Origin: Polyangiales bacterium
GTDB taxonomy: Bacteria > Myxococcota_A > Polyangia > Polyangiales > Ga0077539
Reading direction: 5' to 3'
Assembly (NCBI GenBank): GCA_044229975.1
Contig: JBGARZ010000019.1
Span: 111,225 to 175,224, forward strand
DNA length: 64,000 nucleotides
Below the pieces are notes generated by a model that saw only the letters and a program-made list of their open reading frames with translations, was not told the DNA's origin and ran no database searches. Each line of letters opens with the position of its first letter. Within the stretch, counting starts at the first letter, position 1. Positions 8,195 to 16,889 of the stretch are shown here, one piece after another. The translations under genes and the position numbers were made by a program.

Positions 8195-9409
8195 ATGGTC
8201 CGTCGCGCACCCGCCTCGATGCTTGTCCTCGCGCTGATGAGCTGTCGCGGCAGCGCCCGCCCCGACGCGGCGGTGGTCGCAGATGTGTTGCGGGTGGATG
8301 TTCAAACGGTGGACGCCGGGGTCGAGGCGGGCGTGGACGTTCCGGTCGTGGCGCCGCAGCGCCGCGTGGTGGTGACGCTCACGGGTGATGTGATGCTGCA
8401 CCGCGGGCTGCTGGAGAACTTCGACGACCACGCGCCCGAGACCGGCATGGCGTGGTCGCTCCACTGGCTGGCGTCGTTCATTGCGCCGCGCGAGGTGGCG
8501 CTCACGTGGCTGGACTCGCCGCTCACCGACGGGTTTCGTCCGCCGTTCGTGGGGGCTCCTCCGGCGCTGGGGGTTCCGCGGGCGCAGGCCCGGACCATCG
8601 CGCGCGACATGGCCCGCGTGGGCCTCGACGGGGTGTGCCTCGCGACGCACCACGCCTACGACCAGATGGGCGACGGGCTCGCGGAGACGGTGGCTGCGCT
8701 GCGCGGCGCCAACCTCGGCGTGGCGGGCGCGGGCGACTCGGAGGACGCCGCGTGGACACCGTGGGTGACCGAGCGCGAGGGCATCCGGGTGGCGTTTGTG
8801 TGCCTCACGCAGCGGGTGCTGATGGGGGCAGGGCGCAACGCGAGCCACACGGTGGTGGCGCAGTCGGCGGATGGTGCGCGGGCCCTGGCAGCGCTGGCCG
8901 CGGCGCGCACGCAGGCCGACGTGGTCGTAGCCGGCATCCAATGGAATCGAACGCCGTTTCGCGCGCTCGGAGAAGACCAGCGGGCGTTGGCGCGGCAGCT
9001 CGTCGAAGCGGGCGCCGACGTGGTGGTCGGCACCGGGTCGGTGACGCAGGGGCGGGTCGAGCGGGTGACGTCGCCGCGGGGTGACGCGCTGATCGCGTGG
9101 TCGATGGGCTCGCTGCTCTCCAACTACGGGGCGCAGTGGCGGGGCTCGCAGGCGACGCCGCCGACCATCGAGCGGGTGCTGTGGGACCCGGCGACACGCG
9201 ACGCGGCGCTGATGCGGGCGCAGTTCGAGGTGGGCGATGGGGGAAGGTTGTCGCTGGTGACGCTGACGGCCAACGCGCTGTGGATGCAGCACGGGGGCGA
9301 CGGGGTGCGGGTGGTTCCGCTGCGGACGCTGGACGACGACGGGCTGCGGCGGCAACGGGCGGCGGCGGTGCGCGAGGCGCTGGGTCCGGCGGTGCGGGTG
9401 CGGGAGTAG
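8195..9409 (+). CDS. CapA/PGA_cap-family metallophosphoesterase-fold lipoprotein (degenerate metal ligands)
   Basis: VTLTGDVMLH, CLATHHAYDQMGDGL, EAGADVVVG, AWSMGSLLS follow the CapA layout; lipobox ALMSC. Start could be 8195 or 8219. Confidence 0.75.
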   Translation: MVRRAPASMLVLALMSCRGSARPDAAVVADVLRVDVQTVDAGVEAGVDVPVVAPQRRVVVTLTGDVMLHRGLLENFDDHAPETGMAWSLHWLASFIAPREVALTWLDSPLTDGFRPPFVGAPPALGVPRAQARTIARDMARVGLDGVCLATHHAYDQMGDGLAETVAALRGANLGVAGAGDSEDAAWTPWVTEREGIRVAFVCLTQRVLMGAGRNASHTVVAQSADGARALAALAAARTQADVVVAGIQWNRTPFRALGEDQRALARQLVEAGADVVVGTGSVTQGRVERVTSPRGDALIAWSMGSLLSNYGAQWRGSQATPPTIERVLWDPATRDAALMRAQFEVGDGGRLSLVTLTANALWMQHGGDGVRVVPLRTLDDDGLRRQRAAAVREALGPAVRVRE

Positions 9410-9428
9410 GGCGCGAGTCGCCCCGCGC

Positions 9429-12179
9429 TCACCCTTCCCGTGACCTCCGCGCCGCCTTCAGCGCCGCCATCGTTGACGCCCCACCCTCCGCCTTCTCTGC
9501 CCTCTTCCTCTCCCGCGTCTGCGCCTTCTCTCGCGGCCGCTCCCGCTTCGTCGCCACCCGCTGGGCCCGCAGCGCGTCCACCGTCGTCGGTGCCCTCTTC
9601 TCCGTCGCCGCCGCTGCCACCACCACTCTCGTCGCCGATGGTACGGCCACCGAACCAACTCGCCGCAACCGCTTCTCCACTGCCCCGACGCCTCGCTCCC
9701 ATCTTCCCGGCAGTCCCAGTCGTCGCAGCAACACCGCCGCCACGCCCAAAGCCAGCGCCACCCGCAGTAGCCACGGCCCCAGCGGCGTCTCCCCGTACCG
9801 CGGCTCACCCCGCGCCTCAAACACCGCCGCGCCCGACGAGAGCACCCGTCCGCCCGTCAGCGCCGCGATGCGCTCCAGCGCCGCAGGGTCGTCCGCCGCG
9901 CGAAACTCCTCCGCCGCCGTCCGCAGCGCGCCCGCCGTCGCCACCAGCGCGCCGCTCGCCTCGTCGCGCACCGCCACCGCATACGCGCCCCGCGCCGCGA
10001 TGGGCAGGTCGGCGGCGTACGTTCCGGCGCCCGCCGGGTCGAGCGCCACGTCGCGCGTGCTCCCGTCGGGCAGCGCCACCCGCGCCGTCAGTCGTCGCAG
10101 GCCGTCGGCCCGCCCCTCGGCGTCCGTCGCCGTCGCTCGCACCTGCAATACACCGCCCGTCGCGTCGGCCTCCGCGCGCACCCGGCCGTCGTCCTGCCGC
10201 GCCAGCGAGCGCGCCAGCGAGGCCCACAGCCGACCCGTTCCGGGCCAGGTCAGCCACGCGGCGCCCCAGCGGTCCTTCGCGTCGGACGTAAACACCGCGA
10301 CGTGCCCGACGCCCGCGGCCCACGTCGCCAGCAACGGGTCGCCCTCCGCCGCGCGCAGCAGCACCGCGCCTCGCGGCTTCGGCAGCGTCACCACGTAGCC
10401 GCCGAGCGTCGGCGCCGTCGCGAAGTCGAGCCCCGCGGTCACCGTGTCGGGCACGGCTGGCGCCGCGCGAAAGGGCTGCTCCCGGATGGCAGCCCGCGTC
10501 GCCAGGATGGTCTCCTGCGAGAACACCGTCGGCAGCCGCAGCGCGTCCTCCACCAGGTAGAAGCGACCGTGGCCCTCGCGCGAGAGGTGCTCCAGCTCGG
10601 GCGTGTCCGCGCCCCGGCCGAGCGACACCACGCTGGTCGTGATGCCCTCGCGAAAGGCTTCTCCCACGGTGCGCGCGCAGCCCGCCATATCCTCGGCGTC
10701 GTCGCCGTCGGCGAAGAGCAGCAGGTGCCGCAGGTCGGTGTGCGCCCCGCGCAGCGCCGCGTACGCGTCGTGGAGCGCCGTCGGAACAATGATCCCGCCG
10801 CCGCCCGCCGCCACCGCGCGGATGCGGCGCAGCACCGGTTCGAGGTTGTCGACGGCGCCGAGCGGCATCGTCCACCGGGTACTGGTGTCGACGTGGGCGA
10901 CGCCGAGCAGATCGCTCTCTCCCAGCAACAGCGCGCTGCGAGCGGCGGCCTCGTTGGCCAGCCGGATCTTGGTGTACCCGCCCACCACCGCCGTCATCGA
11001 GCCGGAGTAGTCGATGGAGATCACCTCCGCGAGCGACGCCCGACGACGCTCCTGCCGCAGATCGAAGGACACCGGCGAGATCTCTTCGACGGGCGTTCGC
11101 GCGTAGCCGCCAGGGCCGAGCGAGCGGTCGCCGCCCAGCAGCCACAAGCCTCCGCCGAGGTCGCGCACATAGGTGCGAAGCCACTCCATCTGCTCGGTCG
11201 AGAGCGCTCGCGCGGGGACGTCCGACAGCACCACGAGGTCGTACGCCGCGAGGCCCGCGAGGTCCGTCGGGAAGCCGAACGGCCCCGCCTCGACCACGCG
11301 CATCCCGCCGTGCCGCAAAGCCTCCGCGAGCGGCGCCGAGGCCCCGGCGTCGCCCTCCATCAACAGCACCGACGCGGGCCCCCGCACCCGCACGAACCAA
11401 CCGCCGCGGTTGTCCTCGGGCACCCGATCGAGCGTCGGGTCGCGCGGGATCACCTCCACCTCGTAGCGATGCATCCCCGGCGCGGGCGCCGTCTCGGGCA
11501 GGGAGAGCAACCCTTCGCCCGCATCGAGCCGCGCGCGCCCGCGGTGCACGACTGCTCCGTCGAGGGAGACCCGCACGTCGACCTCGCACGCCTCCGTCGA
11601 GAAGGTCACTACCCGCAGGTCGAAGGCCTCAGCCTCGTCGAGCCGCGAGGGCGCTCGCACGGACGTCACCCGCAGCTCCCGCCGCGACGTCGCCCGCAGC
11701 GGAAACACGTCCACCGGAACCCCCGCCGCCGTCGCCCGCGCCGCCGCCGCGAGGGCGTCTCCGCGGTTGCCCGCCCCATCGCTCACCAGCACGATGCGGG
11801 CGGCGGTGTCGGCGGGTCGTTCGGAGAGCGAACGATCGATGGCGGCGGCGAGGTCGGTGCCGTCGCGATCGACGGAGACGAGCTGCGACGAGGACGTCAG
11901 CGCTCGCTCGTGGAGGGACTGTTCGGTGGCGGCCCCGGCGCCGAAGACCACGCGCCCCAGGCGATCGCCGTCGCGCATGCGGGCGACGGCCTCGGCCTCG
12001 AAGCGGCTGGCGCGAGCGTCGGCGTCGGGAACGCGCTCCAACGAGCGCGAACGATCGACGGCGAGGACGACGGTGAGGTGGTCGTGGCGATGGCGCCAGT
12101 GCGGGTCGACGAACGCGGCGACGGAGAGGGCACCGGCGAGGCCGAGGAGCGCGAAGGCGAGGCGGTCGGTGCGCGTCAC
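9429..12179 (-). CDS. Membrane protein with two vWA domains and a class-I GATase-like domain
   Basis: GTG 12179 overlaps the upstream stop. MIDAS-like AVDRSRS and SIDYSGS; LAAYDLVVLSDVPA..GGGLWLLGG..YARTPVEE GATase-like block; C-terminal TM. Confidence 0.85.
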   Translation of the reverse strand: MTRTDRLAFALLGLAGALSVAAFVDPHWRHRHDHLTVVLAVDRSRSLERVPDADARASRFEAEAVARMRDGDRLGRVVFGAGAATEQSLHERALTSSSQLVSVDRDGTDLAAAIDRSLSERPADTAARIVLVSDGAGNRGDALAAAARATAAGVPVDVFPLRATSRRELRVTSVRAPSRLDEAEAFDLRVVTFSTEACEVDVRVSLDGAVVHRGRARLDAGEGLLSLPETAPAPGMHRYEVEVIPRDPTLDRVPEDNRGGWFVRVRGPASVLLMEGDAGASAPLAEALRHGGMRVVEAGPFGFPTDLAGLAAYDLVVLSDVPARALSTEQMEWLRTYVRDLGGGLWLLGGDRSLGPGGYARTPVEEISPVSFDLRQERRRASLAEVISIDYSGSMTAVVGGYTKIRLANEAAARSALLLGESDLLGVAHVDTSTRWTMPLGAVDNLEPVLRRIRAVAAGGGGIIVPTALHDAYAALRGAHTDLRHLLLFADGDDAEDMAGCARTVGEAFREGITTSVVSLGRGADTPELEHLSREGHGRFYLVEDALRLPTVFSQETILATRAAIREQPFRAAPAVPDTVTAGLDFATAPTLGGYVVTLPKPRGAVLLRAAEGDPLLATWAAGVGHVAVFTSDAKDRWGAAWLTWPGTGRLWASLARSLARQDDGRVRAEADATGGVLQVRATATDAEGRADGLRRLTARVALPDGSTRDVALDPAGAGTYAADLPIAARGAYAVAVRDEASGALVATAGALRTAAEEFRAADDPAALERIAALTGGRVLSSGAAVFEARGEPRYGETPLGPWLLRVALALGVAAVLLRRLGLPGRWERGVGAVEKRLRRVGSVAVPSATRVVVAAAATEKRAPTTVDALRAQRVATKRERPREKAQTRERKRAEKAEGGASTMAALKAARRSREG

Positions 12180-14044
12180 GCGGGCCTCGATCGGCGGGCG
12201 AGGTGCACGAGGTCGGCCGCCCAGGCGAGCGCGGCGAGGAGCGCGAAGATGCGGGTGAGCTCGACGGGCTCGGGGAGCGTCGGGGCATCGCGGACGGTAG
12301 GGGCGGCGATGTCGAGCGGCCGGTCGCGGAGGTCGGCCTCGGACTCGGAGAGCAGGTTGACGGGGACGAGGGTCTCGCGACGGGCTGATCGCACCCGATA
12401 GAAGCCGGCGCGGGCGGTGTCGGCGAGGACGGCGGTTGCGGGGAGGGCCGCGAAGGCGACGGGACCGTCGGGACCCACGACGGCAGTGGGGACATCGCCC
12501 GATGGGAGGTCGACGCGGGCCGTGTCGCCGGTGCGAAAGCGTGGCGCGAAGGCGGCCGCGCGGTGGGCGCGGGCGAGCTCCACCACGTTGCGAAGAAACA
12601 CCACGAACGACGCCCGCAACGGCCAGTCGGAGCTGCCGGGGTCGACACCGACGACGGTGACGGTGCGGTCGGCGAGGCCCGCGTCGGCGGCGAGCACGAG
12701 CGACCCCGCGCGGACGAGCGCCGTGGCGCGCCCTGGGAGGGCGAGCGGCCGGGCCGCCGCGAGATGAACGCCGTCCATGGTGAGGAAGCGCCAGCGCGGG
12801 TCGGTGGTGGCGAAGGACGTGATGGCCGGGGCGTCGACCTCGGGCAGCACCGTGAGCCCCACGCAGGGTCCAGTTGGTGGAGAGAGCACGAGCGTCTCGC
12901 GTGCGGGGAGCACCGCGGGACAGGTGTCCTGCAACACCAGCAGCGCATCCGCAGGGAGCGACGCGGGGATGGAACTCCCGGCGAGCGTGAGCTGCGCCGA
13001 GGGGTCGGCGCCGAGCGCGCGGACGACCCACGGATCGGGCTCGCGAGCGACGAGCACCACCGGGATCGACGGTGGCGGCGGGATGCGGGCGAAGGCGACG
13101 TTGTCCGCGGCGAGCGCGTCGTCGGGGGAGAGCACGACGCGCACCGGGCGCCCGACGTCGCTCGGCGTGACGGGGAGGAGGATGGCGAGCGGGGTGCGTG
13201 CGCCCGGCGCGATGGCGGCGCGGGCCTCGGCGAGCACCGCACCACTGACGGCGTCACGGACGCTGATGGAAGCGTCGGCGGAGTGTGCCGAGAAGCTCGC
13301 GATGAGGGCGTGCACCTGCGCGACGGGTCGGCCGTTGGCGTCGAGGACGGAGCGCACGTCGAGGCGCACGAGGGCGAGGTTGTCGACGGGGTGTCCCACC
13401 CGTGCGAGCTCGATGGGCAGGGTGTCATCGGCGGGAGCGCCCCCGCGAGCGAGCGCGCCGTCGGTGACCACGAGCAGTCGGCGGAGCCCAGGGAGCGGGC
13501 GCAGGCGGTCGGCGGCGAAGCGAACCGCGGCGGCGAGGTCGCCCTCGCACTCGGTGGGTTCGAGCGCGGAGAGGGCGCGGTCGAGGGCCGCACGGTCGCG
13601 GGTGAGGGGAGATCGTACGGTGGGCGAACGATCGGCCGAGACGAGCATCACCTCGGCGTCAGAGGGCAGCGACCGGAGGCGGGTGCGGGCGGCGCGGAGG
13701 GCGGCGGCCCAGCGCAGGCCATCGGCATCGTGGGCGCCCATGGAGGCGCTGGTGTCGAGGACGAGCGCGACGCGGGTGGGGAGCGATCCGGCGGAGCGCG
13801 TCGGGCGGGCGAGGGCGAGGGCGGTGAGGGCGACGGCGAGGAGTTCGAGGAGGAGGGAGAGCTCGCGGGGTGGTGGTTGCCACGGGCGGCGGGCGCGGGA
13901 CTCCGGGGCGACGTCGCGCCAGAGCTTGAGCGAGCTGACGCGCACCCGCTGACGCCGCGACTTGAGCAGATACACCGCGAGCACGGGGACGCCCGCGAGC
14001 AGCGCGAAGAGTCCGGCGGGGTTGAGCAGCGCGACGCCCGCCAT
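12176..14044 (-). CDS. BatA-like N-terminal domain + vWA domain protein
   Basis: LLNPAGL..PVLAVYLLK..VSSLKLW..LLLELL..ALARP double-TM; LVLDTSASM MIDAS; VNLLSESEADL before the C-terminal TM. Confidence 0.85.
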   Translation of the reverse strand: MAGVALLNPAGLFALLAGVPVLAVYLLKSRRQRVRVSSLKLWRDVAPESRARRPWQPPPRELSLLLELLAVALTALALARPTRSAGSLPTRVALVLDTSASMGAHDADGLRWAAALRAARTRLRSLPSDAEVMLVSADRSPTVRSPLTRDRAALDRALSALEPTECEGDLAAAVRFAADRLRPLPGLRRLLVVTDGALARGGAPADDTLPIELARVGHPVDNLALVRLDVRSVLDANGRPVAQVHALIASFSAHSADASISVRDAVSGAVLAEARAAIAPGARTPLAILLPVTPSDVGRPVRVVLSPDDALAADNVAFARIPPPPSIPVVLVAREPDPWVVRALGADPSAQLTLAGSSIPASLPADALLVLQDTCPAVLPARETLVLSPPTGPCVGLTVLPEVDAPAITSFATTDPRWRFLTMDGVHLAAARPLALPGRATALVRAGSLVLAADAGLADRTVTVVGVDPGSSDWPLRASFVVFLRNVVELARAHRAAAFAPRFRTGDTARVDLPSGDVPTAVVGPDGPVAFAALPATAVLADTARAGFYRVRSARRETLVPVNLLSESEADLRDRPLDIAAPTVRDAPTLPEPVELTRIFALLAALAWAADLVHLARRSRPA

Positions 14045-14053
14045 ACGGTGACC

Positions 14054-14920
14054 TCAGCGCCCCTGGTCGGGTCGGAGGAGGGCGCGCACGGCCTCGATGG
14101 CGGGCTCGTCGCCGAGGGCGCGCACGAGACGCACCCCGCGCGACCGCGCCGCGTCGTCGAGAGAGTCGCACCAGCGGGCGAAGCGTTCACGGTAGCGCGC
14201 GAGCACGGCGGTCGTGGCGGTGAGGGGCAGGATCTCTCCGGTCTCGGCGTCTTCGAGGTCGAGGTCGCCGTCGAGGGTGGGCGCTGCGTCCTCGCGCGAG
14301 AGAACATGGACCACGCGCAGGTCGTGGTGGCTGGCGTCGAGGTCGCGCGCGAAGGGAGCAGTGTCGCTGCTGTCGAGGAGGTCGCTGAGGACGACCACCA
14401 TCGACGATCGAGCGGGGCGCAGGGCGAGGGCGAGGGCGCGTGGGAGGTCGGTGGTTCCGCCGGGGCGGAGGTCGACGAGGGAGCGGAGGAGCGAGGGGAC
14501 GGCGGCGCGTCCGCGGTCGGGTCGTCGACGGGCGTCGGGCTCGCTCGCGAAGGGAACGATCTGCACGCGCTCGCCGCCCTGTAGCGCGAGGTACCCGAGG
14601 CCGGCGGCGATGCGGGCGGCGTGGGAGAGCTTGGGTCCCTCCATGGAGGCGCTGGTGTCGATGAGCACCCGCACGAGGACGTCTTCTTCCGCGCGGAGGT
14701 TGCGGGTCACGGGCTCGCCGGTGCGGGCGAAGGCCATCCAGTCGACGCGCCGGAGGTCGTCGCCAGGTGCGTAGGGGCGGTGGTCCTGAAACTCCTGGCC
14801 CGAGCCGCGGTGCCGGGTGCGGTGGTCGCCCGCCGTCCCCGCGGCGAAGCGCGGCGAGAGGTGGCGTCGCAGCAGATCGAGCTCGCGGCGATAGTCCCCA
14901 TCGAGTAGATCGTCCGTCAT
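14054..14920 (-). CDS. DUF58 domain protein (MoxR-associated)
   Basis: GSGQEFQDHRPYAPGDDLRRVDW, LIDTSASM, VVLSDL; ATG 14920 overlaps the upstream TGA. Confidence 0.9.
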   Translation of the reverse strand: MTDDLLDGDYRRELDLLRRHLSPRFAAGTAGDHRTRHRGSGQEFQDHRPYAPGDDLRRVDWMAFARTGEPVTRNLRAEEDVLVRVLIDTSASMEGPKLSHAARIAAGLGYLALQGGERVQIVPFASEPDARRRPDRGRAAVPSLLRSLVDLRPGGTTDLPRALALALRPARSSMVVVLSDLLDSSDTAPFARDLDASHHDLRVVHVLSREDAAPTLDGDLDLEDAETGEILPLTATTAVLARYRERFARWCDSLDDAARSRGVRLVRALGDEPAIEAVRALLRPDQGR

Positions 14921-16251
14921 CGAACGACCTCCCGCGCTCGCCGCGCGCCGAACCACGCCAGCGTGACGAGCAGCGTGCCGTACCCGTACACGTTGCGCAT
15001 CGTGTGGTGAGCCGCCTCTCGCCACCCGAGGGCTCCAGGCACGCGGGCTTCGTGGGCGATGAGCTCCAGCGCGCCGAGCGGAGAGAGCGGGGTGGCCCAG
15101 GCGCCGTCGGGTCCGAGCAATTCGCGGATCATCGGCGGGACCGCGCACCACGCGACGACGGCCCCGAGGGCGACGAGGGCGCCGCGTCGGGGAGAGAGGC
15201 GGCGCAGCGTCGAGGCGACGAGCAGCACGCTGGCGGCGACGGCCACGCTCGCGATGGCGCTGTCGGGGAGCCAGCGGGCGGCATCGAGGCCGGTCGCACC
15301 GACGCATCCGAGGAGGGCGGCGCCTCCGAGCGCCACGAGGAGACAGAGCTCATCGTCGAGGGCGGTGAGGGCGAGCGACGTCCAGGCGACGAGGGCGGCG
15401 TGCAGGCACGCGAGGCGGTCGAGCGGGCGCGTCACGGCGTGCACCGCGAGGGCCATGGGAACAGCGAGGAGCGAACCCGCGAAGAGCGCGACGCGCCACG
15501 AAGGGCGGGCCGGTACGAGCCGCCGGGCGGCGACATCGAGGAGCCACGGGGTGGAGGCGCCGACGACCCACCACGGGGCGAAGACACCCACGCGGCGCAG
15601 CGCGGTGGAGGCGCGGCCGTCGGTGAGGAGGGCGATCCACCAGAGGGTTCCGTGCGGGGCGATGTGGCGCGGGGAGAGCACCACGTCGGCCGCGGAGTGA
15701 CCGAGCGCGTGGTTGCCCGCCGCGCCGAGCAGCGTCACCGCGAGCGCCGCGCGACGGGGAGAGGCGGAGGCCACGCCGACGAGCGCGCCGAGGGAGGCAC
15801 ACGCGAGGGTCGAGGCGAGGGCGCTCGCGAGCAGCGACGCAGGGAGCGGGCGGTAGAAGAAGGAGAGCGTGACCATCGGGCTCGCGAGCGCGGTGAGCGC
15901 AGCGGCGTGGGCAGCGGCGCGCAGGGCGACCGCGAGGGCGATGTCGGCGCCGGCAGCGCCCGCGAGGAGCAGGTGGTCGAGCCAGCCTTCGCGACGGAGG
16001 CGGGCGATGGTGGCGCTGGCGAAGAGCGCACCGAGCGCGAGCGCGACGAGGTGGAGCGCGCCAAAGGTGCGATGGAAGAGGCGATCGCCGAGCGCATCGG
16101 GCCGCGCCCACGCGGGCATGCGCTGCACCTCGACGGCCGCGACACCGGTGATCGCGACGACGGTGACGGAAAGCGCACCGAGCACCCGCGGCGGTCGATC
16201 GAGCGCGTCGAGGGCGCGGAGGAGCCGGGCGACCTTGAGGACTGTGATCAC
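14917..16251 (-). CDS. Polytopic membrane protein, probable ABC-2-type permease
   Basis: Many hydrophobic segments; IARLRREGWLDHLLLA resembles the ExxxGTLxxLL permease loop; coupled to the ABC ATPase. Confidence 0.6.
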   Translation of the reverse strand: MITVLKVARLLRALDALDRPPRVLGALSVTVVAITGVAAVEVQRMPAWARPDALGDRLFHRTFGALHLVALALGALFASATIARLRREGWLDHLLLAGAAGADIALAVALRAAAHAAALTALASPMVTLSFFYRPLPASLLASALASTLACASLGALVGVASASPRRAALAVTLLGAAGNHALGHSAADVVLSPRHIAPHGTLWWIALLTDGRASTALRRVGVFAPWWVVGASTPWLLDVAARRLVPARPSWRVALFAGSLLAVPMALAVHAVTRPLDRLACLHAALVAWTSLALTALDDELCLLVALGGAALLGCVGATGLDAARWLPDSAIASVAVAASVLLVASTLRRLSPRRGALVALGAVVAWCAVPPMIRELLGPDGAWATPLSPLGALELIAHEARVPGALGWREAAHHTMRNVYGYGTLLVTLAWFGARRAREVVR

Positions 16252-16889
16252 GGCGCCTCCCCCATGCGGTGGTCGGCGGTGAGGGAGAGCACGCGGTCGC
16301 AGGCGTCGGCGAGCGCGTCGAGCTGCGACGAGGCAACGAGCACGGCCTTGCCGAGCGAGGCGAGGGTGACGAGGAAATCCGCGAGGTCGTCGCGGGCGGC
16401 TCCGTCGAGTCCGAGCGCAGGGTCGTCGAGGAGCAGCAGCGAGGGGTCGGGGAGGAGGGCGCGGGAGAGTTCGAGGCGCCGGCGCTCACCGAGGCTGAGG
16501 GCGCGGCCGCGAACGTCGGCGCGGTCGAGGAGGTCGGTGAGTTCGAGGGCGCCGTCGAGGTCGTCGTCGCTGCGGTCGTAGAGGGCGGCCGCGGCGCGGA
16601 GGTACGCGCGCACGGTGAGGCCGTCGGGACAGCCGTGCGACGGCGAGACGTAACCGATGTGGGGGCGCTGCGCGGCGTGGGCGCGGCGGTCGAGGTCGTC
16701 GAGGGAGACGGTTCCTGAGGTGGGGGAGAGCAGGGTGCTCGCGACGCGCAGGAGGGTGGATTTGCCTGAGCCGGTCGGACCCGCGAGGCCGACGACCTCG
16801 CCTCGTTCGACCGTGAGCGACACGTCGCGGAGGCTCCACGGGGCGGCTTCGCCGAAGCAGTGGGAGACGCTCTCCAGGCGCAGCTTCAC
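16248..16889 (-). CDS. ABC transporter ATP-binding protein
   Basis: GPTGSGKST Walker A, LSLGE signature, LLLLDDP Walker B; GTG 16889 overlaps the upstream stop. Confidence 0.85.
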   Translation of the reverse strand: MKLRLESVSHCFGEAAPWSLRDVSLTVERGEVVGLAGPTGSGKSTLLRVASTLLSPTSGTVSLDDLDRRAHAAQRPHIGYVSPSHGCPDGLTVRAYLRAAAALYDRSDDDLDGALELTDLLDRADVRGRALSLGERRRLELSRALLPDPSLLLLDDPALGLDGAARDDLADFLVTLASLGKAVLVASSQLDALADACDRVLSLTADHRMGEAP

